DNA of 64,000 bases from Novosphingobium sp. (GTDB lineage Bacteria; Pseudomonadota; Alphaproteobacteria; Sphingomonadales; Sphingomonadaceae): the NCBI RefSeq assembly GCF_024236215.1, contig NZ_JACKKX010000004.1. The stretch is one strand, 5' to 3'. Shown in pieces: positions 38,963-49,066 of the stretch (position 1 is its first letter; every line of letters begins with the position of its first letter). The position numbers were made by a program, and so were the translations under genes. The notes below the pieces were generated by a model. It worked only from the letters and a program-made list of their open reading frames with translations. It searched no databases and had not been told where the DNA came from.

Positions 38963-40158
38963 CGTGTTTCTCCTGCCATCATTGCAATCATCGCCTTGTC
39001 CACCGCGTCGGGGGATCGGCGAAGGTATTCGTTGAGATCGGTCTTGCCGTCTTCGGGGCGCTCCAGCTTGAGCCGCGCCAGCCCGCGACCGCGCCACAGT
39101 TCGGGCAGTTCGCCCCCGGCCTCGATCCCCTGGGAATAGAATTTCTCGGCATCGGCGATGTCGTTGCCCAACGCGCGGCGGCGGTAGAGTTCGCCGCGGG
39201 CGTAGAGCAGCCACGGGCTCCAGCCCTGCTGCGCCAGCGCGGCCAGCAAATAGTCACTCGCGCCCAGATCGTTGCGCTTGAGCTGATCGTCGAAGAACAC
39301 CGGCCACCAGTGCCCCATTGCCGCACTGTAGCTGTCAAGCCCGGTGGCCCCGGCAACGCCGGGATTGGCGGTGGCCATCTGCGCCAGGTTGGCCACCCGT
39401 TCGGCGGTGGGAGGGTGGGTCGCGAAGATCCCGCCGTTCTTGTCCTTTCGCGATTTGGTGTTGCGCACCGCAGCGGTGGCATCCATCTCGGCGCGCAGCT
39501 GTTCCCACACCTTGGATGCCTCGCGGGTATCGTATCCCGCTGCCGCCATAAGTGCCAGACCGCCGCTGTCGGCCTCCCGCTCCATGTCGCGCGAATAGCT
39601 GAACAGCGAAGCCGCCATCGAGAACGAGGCGATCAGCCCGATCCCGGTAAAGGCCAGCCAGGCCGCCGCAGCCGACTTCTCCTTGACCTGCCGGAACATC
39701 CTGAGCCCGTGATGGCCCGCGAAATGGGTGTATTCATGCCCCAGCACCGCAGCGAGCTGGGCTTCGTTCTGGGTGCGCAGCAGCAGACCCGAATAGACCA
39801 CCATCGCGCCGTTGACCGCCATCGAGGCGTTGAAGTCGGGCGTACGCACGATGTAGAGCCGGATGCTGGCACACTTGCCCGGCCCGACCAGATTGCACAG
39901 CACCTTGCGGACATAGGCGTTGAGCGCCGGATCGCGGATCACCTGCTGCGAGGCCTTGAGCTGGCGCTCACCCTCTTCGGTATCCATCCACAGCCCGCGC
40001 TCGTCCTTGTCGACCGGCTTGTAGGCCTCCTCGTCCGCCACGGGCAGCGATGCGGCCTGGGCCGCCGCTTCCTGCGCGCGCGCGGTCTCCACCAGCTCCG
40101 GCTGGATTGCCAGCAGTGCTGCCAGCACGATACGCAGGGAGCGGGCCAGCAGGGCCAC
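38959..40158 (-). CDS. M48-family zinc metalloprotease with C-terminal TPR region (BepA-like architecture)
   Basis: It has the HExxH motif in LGHEYTHFAGHH, a signal peptide, and C-terminal TPR-like helices (ALAQQGWSPWLLYARGELYRRRA...). Confidence 0.8.
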   Translation of the reverse strand: MALLARSLRIVLAALLAIQPELVETARAQEAAAQAASLPVADEEAYKPVDKDERGLWMDTEEGERQLKASQQVIRDPALNAYVRKVLCNLVGPGKCASIRLYIVRTPDFNASMAVNGAMVVYSGLLLRTQNEAQLAAVLGHEYTHFAGHHGLRMFRQVKEKSAAAAWLAFTGIGLIASFSMAASLFSYSRDMEREADSGGLALMAAAGYDTREASKVWEQLRAEMDATAAVRNTKSRKDKNGGIFATHPPTAERVANLAQMATANPGVAGATGLDSYSAAMGHWWPVFFDDQLKRNDLGASDYLLAALAQQGWSPWLLYARGELYRRRALGNDIADAEKFYSQGIEAGGELPELWRGRGLARLKLERPEDGKTDLNEYLRRSPDAVDKAMIAMMAGETR

Positions 40159-40178
40159 TTGGCCGATCCTGTCTGGCT

Positions 40179-40973
40179 TCAGGGTTGGACCGCGGTGGGC
40201 TGCACCGGCGGCTTGGGAAAGCCGGCGAGCAACTGGGAGACGCGCTTTTGCGCACCTTCGGCATCGCGCGGATCGCCGCCCATCGCCAGATCGGTGTTAA
40301 ACCAGACCACGTCGCCGGTCTTGAGGTCGATCATCGCGGCATAGCCGATATGGACCCCGGCCGGGACATAGGCTCCGAACAGCCCGGCCATCAGCAGCTG
40401 CGCCACTTTGCGCCCGGCATCGCCGTAGGAATCGTGGGTGAAGAAGAACAGGGCATAGTCACCCCCGGTCACCTCACGCAGCCGATCGGTCTGGGGGCCC
40501 AGCGACCAGTCGATCCGATACTGCTTCTTGGCATTTGGATCGGTGCTGGCAACCAGCTTGGTCGGCAGCCTGTCGCCCATGGTCACATGCTGGAACATGG
40601 CCCCGGCGACGGCCTCGAACAGGCCGCGGTTCTCATTGACCATATCGGCCTGTTCGCCTTCGAATTCACCCAGGAAGGTCAGGTTTGCCTCACGCATCTG
40701 GGGCGAGGATTCCATCGCAGTCTGGATGTTGGTGCGCGCCGCGGCGGTCCAGTCGGCATTGGGTTCGTCGAGCCCGCCGACCCGGAGCGATCCGACGCGG
40801 ACATCGGGGCGAAACACCACGATCTTGATCGGCTGGCCTTGCGGATAGGCAAAGCCATCACGCTGGACCGATCCGGCCACGGCGGGCGCAGCCCCGGCAA
40901 TCAGGCACACGGCAACGATCGCACCACTAACGGCACGCAGCAGATTTCTGATCAAGGCAGCCCCCAAAATCAC
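40179..40973 (-). CDS. hypothetical exported protein (264 aa)
   Basis: It has a GTG start and a signal/anchor (AIVAVCLIAGAAPAVAG). It ends 20 nt upstream of the M48 gene on the same strand. I recognise no family. Confidence 0.55.
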   Translation of the reverse strand: MILGAALIRNLLRAVSGAIVAVCLIAGAAPAVAGSVQRDGFAYPQGQPIKIVVFRPDVRVGSLRVGGLDEPNADWTAAARTNIQTAMESSPQMREANLTFLGEFEGEQADMVNENRGLFEAVAGAMFQHVTMGDRLPTKLVASTDPNAKKQYRIDWSLGPQTDRLREVTGGDYALFFFTHDSYGDAGRKVAQLLMAGLFGAYVPAGVHIGYAAMIDLKTGDVVWFNTDLAMGGDPRDAEGAQKRVSQLLAGFPKPPVQPTAVQP

Positions 40974-41043
40974 AGCGATAGACGCAGGATTAGCGCAGCC
41001 TAAGCGCTTCGCAAGTGGGTATTTTTGCGTGCTGAAAAAATGC

Positions 41044-42540
41044 TCAGCCGAGCTTGCCCTTGAGCACCTGGTTGACCAGTTGCGGGTTGCCCTTGCCCTG
41101 CATCGCCTTCATCGTCTGGCCCACGAAGAAGCCGAACAGCGCCTCCTTGCCGGCCTTGTATTCGGCGACCTTGTCGGCATTGGCGGCAAGCACCTGATCG
41201 ACCGCCGCCTCGATCGCGCCGGTATCGGTGGTCTGCTTGAGCCCTTCGCGCTCGACAATCGCCGCTGCGCCATCGCCGCTCTCGAGCATCCTTTCGAGCA
41301 CCTGCTTGGCGATCGAGCCCGAGATCGTGCCATCGGCAACCAGCGCGAGCAGTTCTGCGCCGCCCTCGGGGCTGACCGGGCTGTCATCGAGCGTGCGCCC
41401 AAGCTTGTTGAGCGCGCCGAACAGTTCCGAGATCAGCCAGTTCGCCGCCTGCTTGGCAACATCGGCCTCGCCCTTGCCGGCCTTGGCGGCGGTGGCAGCG
41501 AGCAAGGCCTCGAACCAGTGCGCGGTTTCCACATCCGCCGTCAGCACGCCCGCGTTGTAGGCTGAAAGCCCCAGCGTCCCTTCATAGCGGTGGCGCTTGG
41601 CGTCGGGCAGCTCGGGCAGGCTGGCGCGGCACTGCTCGACGAAGGCGTCGTCCAGTTCCAGCGGCAGCAGGTCGGGATCGGGGAAATAGCGGTAATCGTG
41701 CGCGTCTTCCTTGGAGCGCATCGAGCGGGTTTCGTTCCGGTCGGGATCGTAGAGCCGGGTTTCCTGCACCACCGTGCCGCCATCCTCGATCAGATCGACC
41801 TGGCGGCGCGCCTCGCTTTCGACCACGGCCATGACGAAGCGCACCGAATTGACGTTCTTGGTCTCGGTGCGGGTGCCGAAGGGCTCGCCCGGACGGCGCA
41901 CCGAGACGTTGACGTCGGCACGCATCGAACCCTGGTCCATGTTGCCGTCGCAAGAGCCGACATAGCGCAGGATCGTGCGCAATTTGGCGAGGTAGGCCCC
42001 GGCCTCGGCTGGCGAGCGCATGTCGGGGCGGCTGACGATCTCCATCAGCGCCACGCCAGAACGGTTGAGATCGACATAGGACATGGTCGGGTGCTGATCG
42101 TGCATCAGCTTGCCCGCATCCTGCTCAACGTGGATGCGTTCGATCCCGATGGTCTTGGTGCTGCCTTCGGGATCCTTGGGATCGAGCACCACCTCAAGGC
42201 TGCCCTCGCCCACCAGCGGGTGATAGAGCTGGCTGATCTGGTAGCCCTGCGGCAGATCGGCGTAGAAGTAGTTCTTGCGGTCGAACCGGCTCCACTTGTT
42301 GATCTGCGCATTGATCGCCAGGCCCGTGCGCACCGCCTGGCGGATGCATTCGCGGTTGGGCACCGGCAGCATGCCCGGCATGGCGGCATCGACCAGGCTG
42401 ACCTGGGTGTTCGGCTCGGCCCCGAAGGCGGTGGCCGCGCCCGAGAACAGCTTCGAGTTCGAGGTTACCTGCGCGTGGACCTCAAGGCCGATCACGACCT
42501 CCCACTCACTGGTTGCGCCATGGATGCGATAGTTGGTCAT
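41044..42540 (-). CDS. gatB: Asp/Glu-tRNA amidotransferase subunit B
   Basis: [27 protein letters not shown] and a C-terminal YqeY-like tail are classic GatB features. Confidence 0.95.
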   Translation of the reverse strand: MTNYRIHGATSEWEVVIGLEVHAQVTSNSKLFSGAATAFGAEPNTQVSLVDAAMPGMLPVPNRECIRQAVRTGLAINAQINKWSRFDRKNYFYADLPQGYQISQLYHPLVGEGSLEVVLDPKDPEGSTKTIGIERIHVEQDAGKLMHDQHPTMSYVDLNRSGVALMEIVSRPDMRSPAEAGAYLAKLRTILRYVGSCDGNMDQGSMRADVNVSVRRPGEPFGTRTETKNVNSVRFVMAVVESEARRQVDLIEDGGTVVQETRLYDPDRNETRSMRSKEDAHDYRYFPDPDLLPLELDDAFVEQCRASLPELPDAKRHRYEGTLGLSAYNAGVLTADVETAHWFEALLAATAAKAGKGEADVAKQAANWLISELFGALNKLGRTLDDSPVSPEGGAELLALVADGTISGSIAKQVLERMLESGDGAAAIVEREGLKQTTDTGAIEAAVDQVLAANADKVAEYKAGKEALFGFFVGQTMKAMQGKGNPQLVNQVLKGKLG

Positions 42541-42885
42541 TCAGTTGCTGCCATTTCCAAAATGTGCGGCCGTAAGTTCAAACTCTCTTCGCAACATGCT
42601 GGCATTTTCTCCGACAACCCTCGGGGCAGCATCATTACAAAGCCTAACGATCAAGTCTTTGTATTCTGGATATTTTCTAAGCTCGTTCACTGCGGCCATC
42701 TTTGCCGCGATTGATCCGCCTTGCTCACCAATTTTTTCCATCACACGGAATAAATTGTCGAACCGCTGCCTAGCCTCTTCGCGCTTCTGGATTGCGACGT
42801 ATTGCCACGCGGACCAAGCAAGTGAAGCAAGGGGAAGAACCAAGGCTCCCCAAGTAAGCCAATCCGTTGCGGAACGAAGATCCAT
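42541..42885 (-). CDS. hypothetical 114-aa membrane-anchored protein, compositionally foreign, wedged between gatA and gatB
   Basis: The ATG at 42885 lies 1 nt after the gatA TAG, and the TGA abuts the gatB ATG. One TM helix (WLTWGALVLPLASLAWSAWQYV) is followed by a helical domain. My hand count gives 172 G+C in 345 nt (~50%), against ~68% in the flanking 60-nt blocks I counted. Confidence 0.55.
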   Translation of the reverse strand: MDLRSATDWLTWGALVLPLASLAWSAWQYVAIQKREEARQRFDNLFRVMEKIGEQGGSIAAKMAAVNELRKYPEYKDLIVRLCNDAAPRVVGENASMLRREFELTAAHFGNGSN

Positions 42886-42886
42886 G

Positions 42887-44374
42887 CTACCACCACCGCT
42901 CCGGCTTGGCCGTAAACCCGGCCCGGCCTTCAATCGCCAGCCCCGCATTGAGCACGCCCTGTTCGTCGAACGGCTTGCCCACGATCTGCAGCCCCAGCGG
43001 AAGCCCTTCGCGGTTGAGCCCTGCGGGGACCGACATGGCGGGGAGGCCCGCAAGGCTGGCCGGAACCGCGAACACGTCATTCAGGTACATCGCCAGCGGA
43101 TCCGAAACCATGTCGCCCAGGCCGAAGGCGGCTGTGGGCGCGGTCGGCGCGAGGATCACGTCGACCTCGGCAAAGGCGTTCTTGAAATCGCGGGCGATCA
43201 GCGTGCGGACCTTCTGCGCCTGGGTGTAATAGGCATCGTAGAAGCCCGCCGAGAGCACATAGGTGCCGATCAGGATCCGGCGCTTGACCTCTGCCCCGAA
43301 CCCGGCGGCGCGGGTTGCGGCGTACATCTCCTGAAGATTGGCGCCATCGGGCAGATCGCGCAGCCCGTAGCGCACGCCATCGTAACGCGCGAGGTTCGAC
43401 GAGGCTTCGGCCGGGGCGACGATGTAATAGGCCGGGAGCGCGTACTTGGTGTGCGGCAGCGAAATGTCGATCACTTCGGCGCCGGCATCCTTCAGCCATT
43501 CGATCCCCTGGTCCCAGCTGGCGAGAACATCGGCATCGGTCCCGTCCATGCGGTATTCGCGCGGCACACCTACCTTTTTGCCGCGCAGATCGGCGTTCAG
43601 GCCGGCTTCCCATTCGGGCACCGGCAGGTTCAGGCTGGTCGCGTCCTTGGGATCGAACCCGGCCATCGCCTCAAGCATGATCGCGCAGTCACGCACGTCG
43701 CGGGCCATCGGCCCGGCCTGATCGAGCGAAGAGGCGAAGGCGACGATGCCCCAGCGGCTGCACCGCCCATAGGTGGGCTTGATCCCCGAAATGCCGGTGA
43801 AGGCGGCGGGCTGGCGGATCGAGCCGCCGGTATCTGTCCCGGTTGCCGCCGGGCAGAGCCGCGCGGAAACCGCCGCCGAGCTGCCGCCCGAACTGCCACC
43901 CGGCGCCAGCGGGGCATTCCCGCCGTCGCTGCGCCGCCAGGGGCTGACCACGTTGCCGAAATAGCTCGTCTCGTTCGACGAACCCATCGCGAACTGGTCC
44001 ATGTTGAGCTTGCCGAGCATGCCCGCGCCCGCGTCCCACAGCTTTTGCGAAACGGTGCTTTCGTACTCGGGCTTGAACCCTTCGAGGATGTGGCTCGCCG
44101 CGGTGGTCTGCACACCCCTGGTGGCGAACAGATCCTTCATCCCGATCGGCACCCCGCCCATCTTGCCCAGCGGCTGGCCCGCAGCGCGGCGCGCGTCGGT
44201 GGCCCTGGCCGCCTCGATCGCGGCATCGGGGGTGGTGACGATGAAGGCGTTGAGCGCCGCCTGCGCTGCAGCGACATTGGCGTTGAATGCCTCGGCTACT
44301 TCCACCGCAGTGAACTGGCCCCCGGCCACGCCGTCGCGGATCGCGGCAACGCCCAGATCGGTAAGCTGGGTCAT
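42887..44374 (-). CDS. gatA: Asp/Glu-tRNA amidotransferase subunit A
   Basis: It has the amidase signature [11 protein letters not shown] and KDLFATRG, and it is 495 aa. Confidence 0.95.
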   Translation of the reverse strand: MTQLTDLGVAAIRDGVAGGQFTAVEVAEAFNANVAAAQAALNAFIVTTPDAAIEAARATDARRAAGQPLGKMGGVPIGMKDLFATRGVQTTAASHILEGFKPEYESTVSQKLWDAGAGMLGKLNMDQFAMGSSNETSYFGNVVSPWRRSDGGNAPLAPGGSSGGSSAAVSARLCPAATGTDTGGSIRQPAAFTGISGIKPTYGRCSRWGIVAFASSLDQAGPMARDVRDCAIMLEAMAGFDPKDATSLNLPVPEWEAGLNADLRGKKVGVPREYRMDGTDADVLASWDQGIEWLKDAGAEVIDISLPHTKYALPAYYIVAPAEASSNLARYDGVRYGLRDLPDGANLQEMYAATRAAGFGAEVKRRILIGTYVLSAGFYDAYYTQAQKVRTLIARDFKNAFAEVDVILAPTAPTAAFGLGDMVSDPLAMYLNDVFAVPASLAGLPAMSVPAGLNREGLPLGLQIVGKPFDEQGVLNAGLAIEGRAGFTAKPERWW

Positions 44375-44676
44375 TATTCGATCACCTTGGGCACGCCGAA
44401 AAAGCCATGCTCGGCTGCAGGCGCGTTGGCCAGCACGGATTCGCGCACCCCGCCACCGGTCAGCGGATCGGCATCGATCACATCGTCGCGCAGCCGCAGG
44501 TGGTTTTCGATCACCGCGGTCATCGGCTCGATGCCGGTCACGTCGACTTCGCCGAGCTGTTCGACCCAGGCGAGAATTCCGTTGAGTTCGGGAACCATGG
44601 CTTCAAGCTCCGCCTCGCCAACCTTGATCCGGGCGAGCGAGGCGATCCTGGCCACGGTGGCGGTATCGACCGACAT
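44374..44676 (-). CDS. gatC: Asp/Glu-tRNA amidotransferase subunit C
   Basis: The 100-aa product starts [18 protein letters not shown], and its stop overlaps the gatA start by 1 nt. Confidence 0.9.
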   Translation of the reverse strand: MSVDTATVARIASLARIKVGEAELEAMVPELNGILAWVEQLGEVDVTGIEPMTAVIENHLRLRDDVIDADPLTGGGVRESVLANAPAAEHGFFGVPKVIE

Positions 44677-44748
44677 GGCATTCCTTCAACAAATACAGCG
44701 TTGCCCCGGCGCGCTAGCACCGGTGCAACAGTGCCGCAAGCGGCGGGA

Positions 44749-45279
44749 TTACTGCGGCTTGGGTGCGCCCTGGCCCTTGCCCTTTTGCTGTTCCTGCTGG
44801 GCCTGCATCTCTTGCAGCTGCTGCATCATGCGCTGCTGCTGCTCGATCTCGGCGCGGCTCTTGAAATCGATCAGCTCGATCTCGAAAGTCAGGTCGGTGT
44901 TGGGCGGGATTTCGCCGGCCTGGCGATCACCATAGGCCAGCTTGGCGGGAATGAAGACCTTGTACTTGCCGCCGCGCTGCATCTGTTCAAGCGCCTTGGT
45001 GAAGCCGGGGATCACACCTTCAAGCGGCAGCACGGCCTGCTTGCCCTCATCGAACACCTTGCCGTCGGGAAGCATGCCCTTGTAATTGATCATCGCCACA
45101 TCGGCGATGGTCGGGCTGGCGCCGGTTCCGGCCTTGAGCACCTCGACATTGACCGAGGGCGGCAGGGTGGCCCAGGCAAGTCCGGCCGCGGCAAGCGCGG
45201 CGGCAACGACGCCCAGCCACAGCTTGCCAAGCGCGCCCTTGGCGATCGGCTGAAGGGGCACGCGGGTAATCTCGGTCAT
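44749..45279 (-). CDS. membrane-anchored FKBP-type peptidyl-prolyl isomerase with a Gln-rich C-terminal tail
   Basis: It has the FKBP core (GVIPGFTKALEQMQRGGKYKVFIPAKLAYG). I chose the MTEITRV start at 45279. Confidence 0.85.
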   Translation of the reverse strand: MTEITRVPLQPIAKGALGKLWLGVVAAALAAAGLAWATLPPSVNVEVLKAGTGASPTIADVAMINYKGMLPDGKVFDEGKQAVLPLEGVIPGFTKALEQMQRGGKYKVFIPAKLAYGDRQAGEIPPNTDLTFEIELIDFKSRAEIEQQQRMMQQLQEMQAQQEQQKGKGQGAPKPQ

Positions 45280-45362
45280 CGAACGGTTTCCTTCTGGGCG
45301 CCAAAGCAAAGGGCGCGGATTGCTCCGCGCCCTCATGGCTTATCGGCTAGACGCGCGCAAGC

Positions 45363-45569
45363 TTACTTGACGCCGTCACGCTCCATCCGCTTGCGCTCCA
45401 TCTTGCGGGCGCGGCGCACGGCGGCGGCCTTTTCGCGGGCGCGCTTTTCGCTGGGCTTCTCGTAATGACGGCGCAGCTTCATCTCGCGGTACACGCCCTC
45501 GCGCTGCAGCTTTTTCTTGAGCGCGCGCAGGGCCTGCTCGACATTGTTGTCGCGGACGAGAATTTGCAT
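45363..45569 (-). CDS. rpsU: 30S ribosomal protein S21
   Basis: The product reads [43 protein letters not shown]... and is 68 aa. Confidence 0.95.
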   Translation of the reverse strand: MQILVRDNNVEQALRALKKKLQREGVYREMKLRRHYEKPSEKRAREKAAAVRRARKMERKRMERDGVK

Positions 45570-45783
45570 AAACCGACACACCTCACATACGAAAAGGCCA
45601 GAACCCCGCCAAACACTCCGGTGCGGGGGAGCACCTTCAGATCGAAACGAAAAACGGGCCGAATCCGACAAGGATCTGCACGAACGGGCGGGCGGCTAGC
45701 AGAGAGTCGCAGCGATGGCAAGCCGGGAATGGCCCCAAACCCCACGACGCGAAACGGTCATATCCACGCGGCAGACTTGCCAA

Positions 45784-46587
45784 ATGAATGCAACGCATAC
45801 CCCGGAGGCAACCGGATTGCGAGGGAAACTGCGCCAGATTCGGGCAGGTGCGGCACTGCTGGCGGTATTCGGTCTGATCGCGGTCTGGACCCTACCCTGG
45901 CCGGGACCGGCCCGGCGCGTGCTGGAGAAGTGGGCCTGGAGCCTGCTGCTCTCAGGCTTCAGGCTGCGGCTGCGCTGTCATGGAGCCATAGCCCCGGGCA
46001 TCGGGGTGCTGACAGTTGCCAACCACATCTCGTGGATCGACATTGCGGTGCTGGCCCGCACCCGCGCGGGCGGCTTCGTGGCCAAGTCGGAAGTGGCAGG
46101 CTGGCCGGTAATCGGCGTTCTGGCCCAGCGCCTGGGATGCGTATTCGTTGACCGCCAGAGCCGGATCGCGGTCCATCCCGCGCTTGCCGGGATGGAGCTT
46201 CGCGCCGGGCGATCGGGACTGGTCCTGTTTCCCGAGGGCACCACCAGCGATGGCCGCGCGCTGCTGCCGTTCCGTTCAAGTCTGCTGGCGGGCGCCGAGT
46301 GCTGGCAAACGATCCAGCCGGTGACGATTTCCTACCGCGAACGGGATGGCTCGGCGCTCAGCCCGGCATCGCGGCGCGCGGTGGCCTGGATCGAGGACGA
46401 TGCGCTGCTGCCCCACGCCTTTGCCCTTGCAGCCAGGGGTGGCGCCACTGTCGATCTGTGGTTCGAGCAGCCGGTGATCGCCCCATGCCGCAAGGAAATT
46501 GCCAAAGCCTGCTACGCCGCAATTTCCGCGCGGCTCGACGCGATCGCGCGGGCCGATCAGGCCGCGACGCTGAAACGCGCGGCGTAG
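45784..46587 (+). CDS. lysophospholipid acyltransferase family protein (PlsC/OlsA-like)
   Basis: It has the HX4D motif in ANHISWIDI and the PEGTTS motif. The start is uncertain (45715 or 45784). Confidence 0.7.
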   Translation: MNATHTPEATGLRGKLRQIRAGAALLAVFGLIAVWTLPWPGPARRVLEKWAWSLLLSGFRLRLRCHGAIAPGIGVLTVANHISWIDIAVLARTRAGGFVAKSEVAGWPVIGVLAQRLGCVFVDRQSRIAVHPALAGMELRAGRSGLVLFPEGTTSDGRALLPFRSSLLAGAECWQTIQPVTISYRERDGSALSPASRRAVAWIEDDALLPHAFALAARGGATVDLWFEQPVIAPCRKEIAKACYAAISARLDAIARADQAATLKRAA

Positions 46588-47357
46588 CGTTCGCTCATCT
46601 TCTCGACCGGCATCACCACGCAGACGTCGACCGTGTTGAAGGCATGGTCGACAAAAGCCCCATCGCCGACCATGGCCCCGACCCGAAGGTAAGCCTTGAC
46701 CAGCGGCGGCATGGCGAGCAGCGCCCGGCGCGGATCGTAGCTGGCGGGATCGAGCGCGGTCCACCGCGCGGCGCGGGCCGGATGGACCCGGGGACGCAGC
46801 TCTTCCGGCGCGAGGTGGTTCGCGAACAGGTAGGATAGCGCGGCGGCGTGAACCTCGGCCTCGGTTCCCGGAAACGAGGCGCAGCCGAACAGCAGCGCGA
46901 TCCGGTGCCGGGCGATATAGTCACCAATTCCGCGCCACAGCAGCGAGATCGTCGCGCTGGTACGATAGGGCGGGAGCACGCACGAGCGGCCCAGCTCGAG
47001 CAGTTCGCCCCGGCCCGCGGCGCCCTTGCCAAGCATGCCGATCTCGAACTCGTCGGCCGAATAGAACCCGCCGTGCGCCCTGGCGATGTTTTCCCGGAGC
47101 AGACGGTAGGTGCCGATCACGGCTTCCCCTTGCGCCGCGTCGCGGTCGATCACCAGAAGATGATCGCACAGATCGTCGAACGGATCGGCATCGAGGCCGA
47201 TTGCGGCGCCGATTTCCGCGCTTGCACCCATTTCCTCATAGAAGACCTGCCAGCGCAGACGCTGCACCGCGGCCAGATCGGCGGCATCGCGGGCCAGCCG
47301 CAGGGCGAGCCGGTGGCTTGCACCGTCAATCGTTACCGTCTGTTCCATCGTCTCCAT
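46557..47357 (-). CDS. GNAT-family N-acyltransferase, OlsB-like (ornithine/amino-acid lipid N-acyltransferase)
   Basis: VQRLRWQVFYEEMGA and DADPFDDLCDHLLVID match the OlsB/hemolysin-like N-acyl amino acid synthase pattern. It is paired with a PlsC-like gene. Confidence 0.65.
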   Translation of the reverse strand: METMEQTVTIDGASHRLALRLARDAADLAAVQRLRWQVFYEEMGASAEIGAAIGLDADPFDDLCDHLLVIDRDAAQGEAVIGTYRLLRENIARAHGGFYSADEFEIGMLGKGAAGRGELLELGRSCVLPPYRTSATISLLWRGIGDYIARHRIALLFGCASFPGTEAEVHAAALSYLFANHLAPEELRPRVHPARAARWTALDPASYDPRRALLAMPPLVKAYLRVGAMVGDGAFVDHAFNTVDVCVVMPVEKMSERYAARFSVAA

Positions 47358-47492
47358 CCCCCGGGATACGGCCTATCGGGACACGATAGTCCCGGGTTGT
47401 GACGGGCACTTTGCGATCCGGTTATGCTTTGATGACAGCCCCGCAGTCTCAAGGTGTGGCGCCCGGCACCGCGAGCGGCTAAGGCGGGGGCG

Positions 47493-47900
47493 ATGAGTAC
47501 GCCCGGATTTCTTGCTTCGTCGTTCTTCGTCGCGCTTGGCGGCGCCTTTGGCGCCTGGCTGCGCTATCTGGCCGGATGGGGCTGGACCCGCGCGATCGGG
47601 CCCGTGGCGGCCAGCGCGTTTCCCTGGGCGACGCTGAGCGTCAACCTGATCGGATCCTTCGCCATGGGGCTGCTGGCCGGATGGCTGGCGCGCCACGGTC
47701 AGGGCGGGGAGCAGTGGCGCCTCCTGCTGGGGGTCGGTCTGCTCGGCGGCTTCACCACCTTTTCCGCCTTCAGCCTTGAGATCGGCCTGATGATCGAGCG
47801 CGGCGCGACCGGAACGGCGGCGCTCTATGCCGGAGTATCGTTGGCCGGCGGGATTGCCGGGCTGTTCGCCGGGCTGCTGGCAATGCGGGCCCTGGCATGA
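47493..47900 (+). CDS. crcB: fluoride channel CrcB/FluC
   Basis: It has four TM segments and LLGGFTTFSAFS. I chose the MSTPGF start at 47493. Confidence 0.85.
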   Translation: MSTPGFLASSFFVALGGAFGAWLRYLAGWGWTRAIGPVAASAFPWATLSVNLIGSFAMGLLAGWLARHGQGGEQWRLLLGVGLLGGFTTFSAFSLEIGLMIERGATGTAALYAGVSLAGGIAGLFAGLLAMRALA

Positions 47901-49066
47901 GTTCGGAAGTCCGGCAGTTTACCGTCGGCGCCGATGACGATGGCGTGCGGCTCGATCGCTGGTTCAAGCGCCACCTGCCGCAGGTCGGCTTTGCCACGGT
48001 CAGCCGCTGGGCGCGTACCGGGCAAATCAGGGTCGATGGCAAGCGCGCCGATCCGGCCGACCGGCTGAGCAAGGGCCAGGTGCTGCGGGTGCCCCCCGGC
48101 GGCGAGCCGACCGAGCGCAAGCCGCGCGCGCGCAAACCGCTGAGCGAGGCCCAGATCGAACTGGCCGACGCGATGGTGATCCACCGCGATCGCGCCGCGA
48201 TCGTGCTCAACAAGCCGCCTGGCCTCGCCACCCAGGGCGGCAGCGGGACCTATGAGCACGTCGACGGTCTACTCGATGCCTATGTGCAAAATGGCCCGCG
48301 TCCGCGGCTGGTCCACCGGCTCGACAAGGATACCTCGGGCGTCCTGCTGATCGCCGCCACCCCAGGCAGCGCGGCCTACTTTTCGCGGCACTTTTCGGGC
48401 CGCTCGGCGCGCAAGATCTACTGGGCGCTGGTGGTGGGCGTGCCCGATATCGAGGACGGGCTGATCGAACTGCCGCTGGCCAAGCAGCCGGGCACCGGTG
48501 GCGAAAAGATGATGGTCGACAAGTCGGGCGAAGGGCAAAGCGCCCGCACCCGCTACCGCGTGCTTGACCGGGCGGGCAACCGCGCCGCCTGGGTAGAGTT
48601 GCAGCCGCTGACCGGGCGCACCCACCAGCTGCGCGTGCACATGGCCGCGATCGGCCACCCGATCGTGGGCGACGGCAAATATGGCGGGCAGGACGCGTTC
48701 CTTTCCGGCACGATCAGCCGCAAGTTGCACCTGCATGCGCGGCGGCTGCTGATCGATCACCCCGATGGCACCCCGCTCGACGTGACCGCCGAACTGCCTG
48801 AGCACTTCGCCGCGAGCTTGGCCGGGCTGGGCTTCGATCCGGCCGACGGCGCCGAACTGCCTGAGGCACCGCCCGCCCCCAGCCGCGAGGTGCGCAAGGC
48901 TGCGGCCAAGGCCCACGCCAAGCAATACCGCAAGGAGCGCCGCGGCGAGCGCCGTTCGCGCGGAGGCGCAGGCGATGGCCCGCCGCGCAAGAGCCGCGGT
49001 CCGACCAAGGGCAAGGGCTCGCCCAAGCCGGCGGGCAAACCGGGGCCGGGCACAAGGAAACGCTGA
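47897..49066 (+). CDS. rluC: RluC/RluD-family 23S rRNA pseudouridine synthase with a basic C-terminal tail
   Basis: It has an S4-like N-terminus and the catalytic HRLDKDTSGVLL. The start overlaps the crcB stop (ATGA). Confidence 0.8.
   Translation: MSSEVRQFTVGADDDGVRLDRWFKRHLPQVGFATVSRWARTGQIRVDGKRADPADRLSKGQVLRVPPGGEPTERKPRARKPLSEAQIELADAMVIHRDRAAIVLNKPPGLATQGGSGTYEHVDGLLDAYVQNGPRPRLVHRLDKDTSGVLLIAATPGSAAYFSRHFSGRSARKIYWALVVGVPDIEDGLIELPLAKQPGTGGEKMMVDKSGEGQSARTRYRVLDRAGNRAAWVELQPLTGRTHQLRVHMAAIGHPIVGDGKYGGQDAFLSGTISRKLHLHARRLLIDHPDGTPLDVTAELPEHFAASLAGLGFDPADGAELPEAPPAPSREVRKAAAKAHAKQYRKERRGERRSRGGAGDGPPRKSRGPTKGKGSPKPAGKPGPGTRKR

Noticed and set aside
38963-39214. An N-terminal 84-aa extension of ORF 38366..39214, and the plus-strand ORF 38920..40344 (474 aa).
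   Set aside because: The extension is an Arg/Pro-rich read-through of the M48 gene's 3' end. The real start, with signal peptide and RBS, is at 38962. The plus-strand ORF lies antisense to the motif-bearing M48 protease.
47358-47492. A possible fluoride (crcB-motif) riboswitch upstream of crcB. The region contains TTGATGACAGCC and an imperfect hairpin CCCGGGA...CTATC-N7-GATAG-TCCCGGG (47359-47397).
   Set aside because: I could not fit the conserved GGnGAUGG...CC / AACCGCC...CUGAUGAUGCCUAC architecture or the pseudoknot pairing. Only a loose GAUGA resemblance remains. A covariance-model scan (Rfam RF01734) would settle it.
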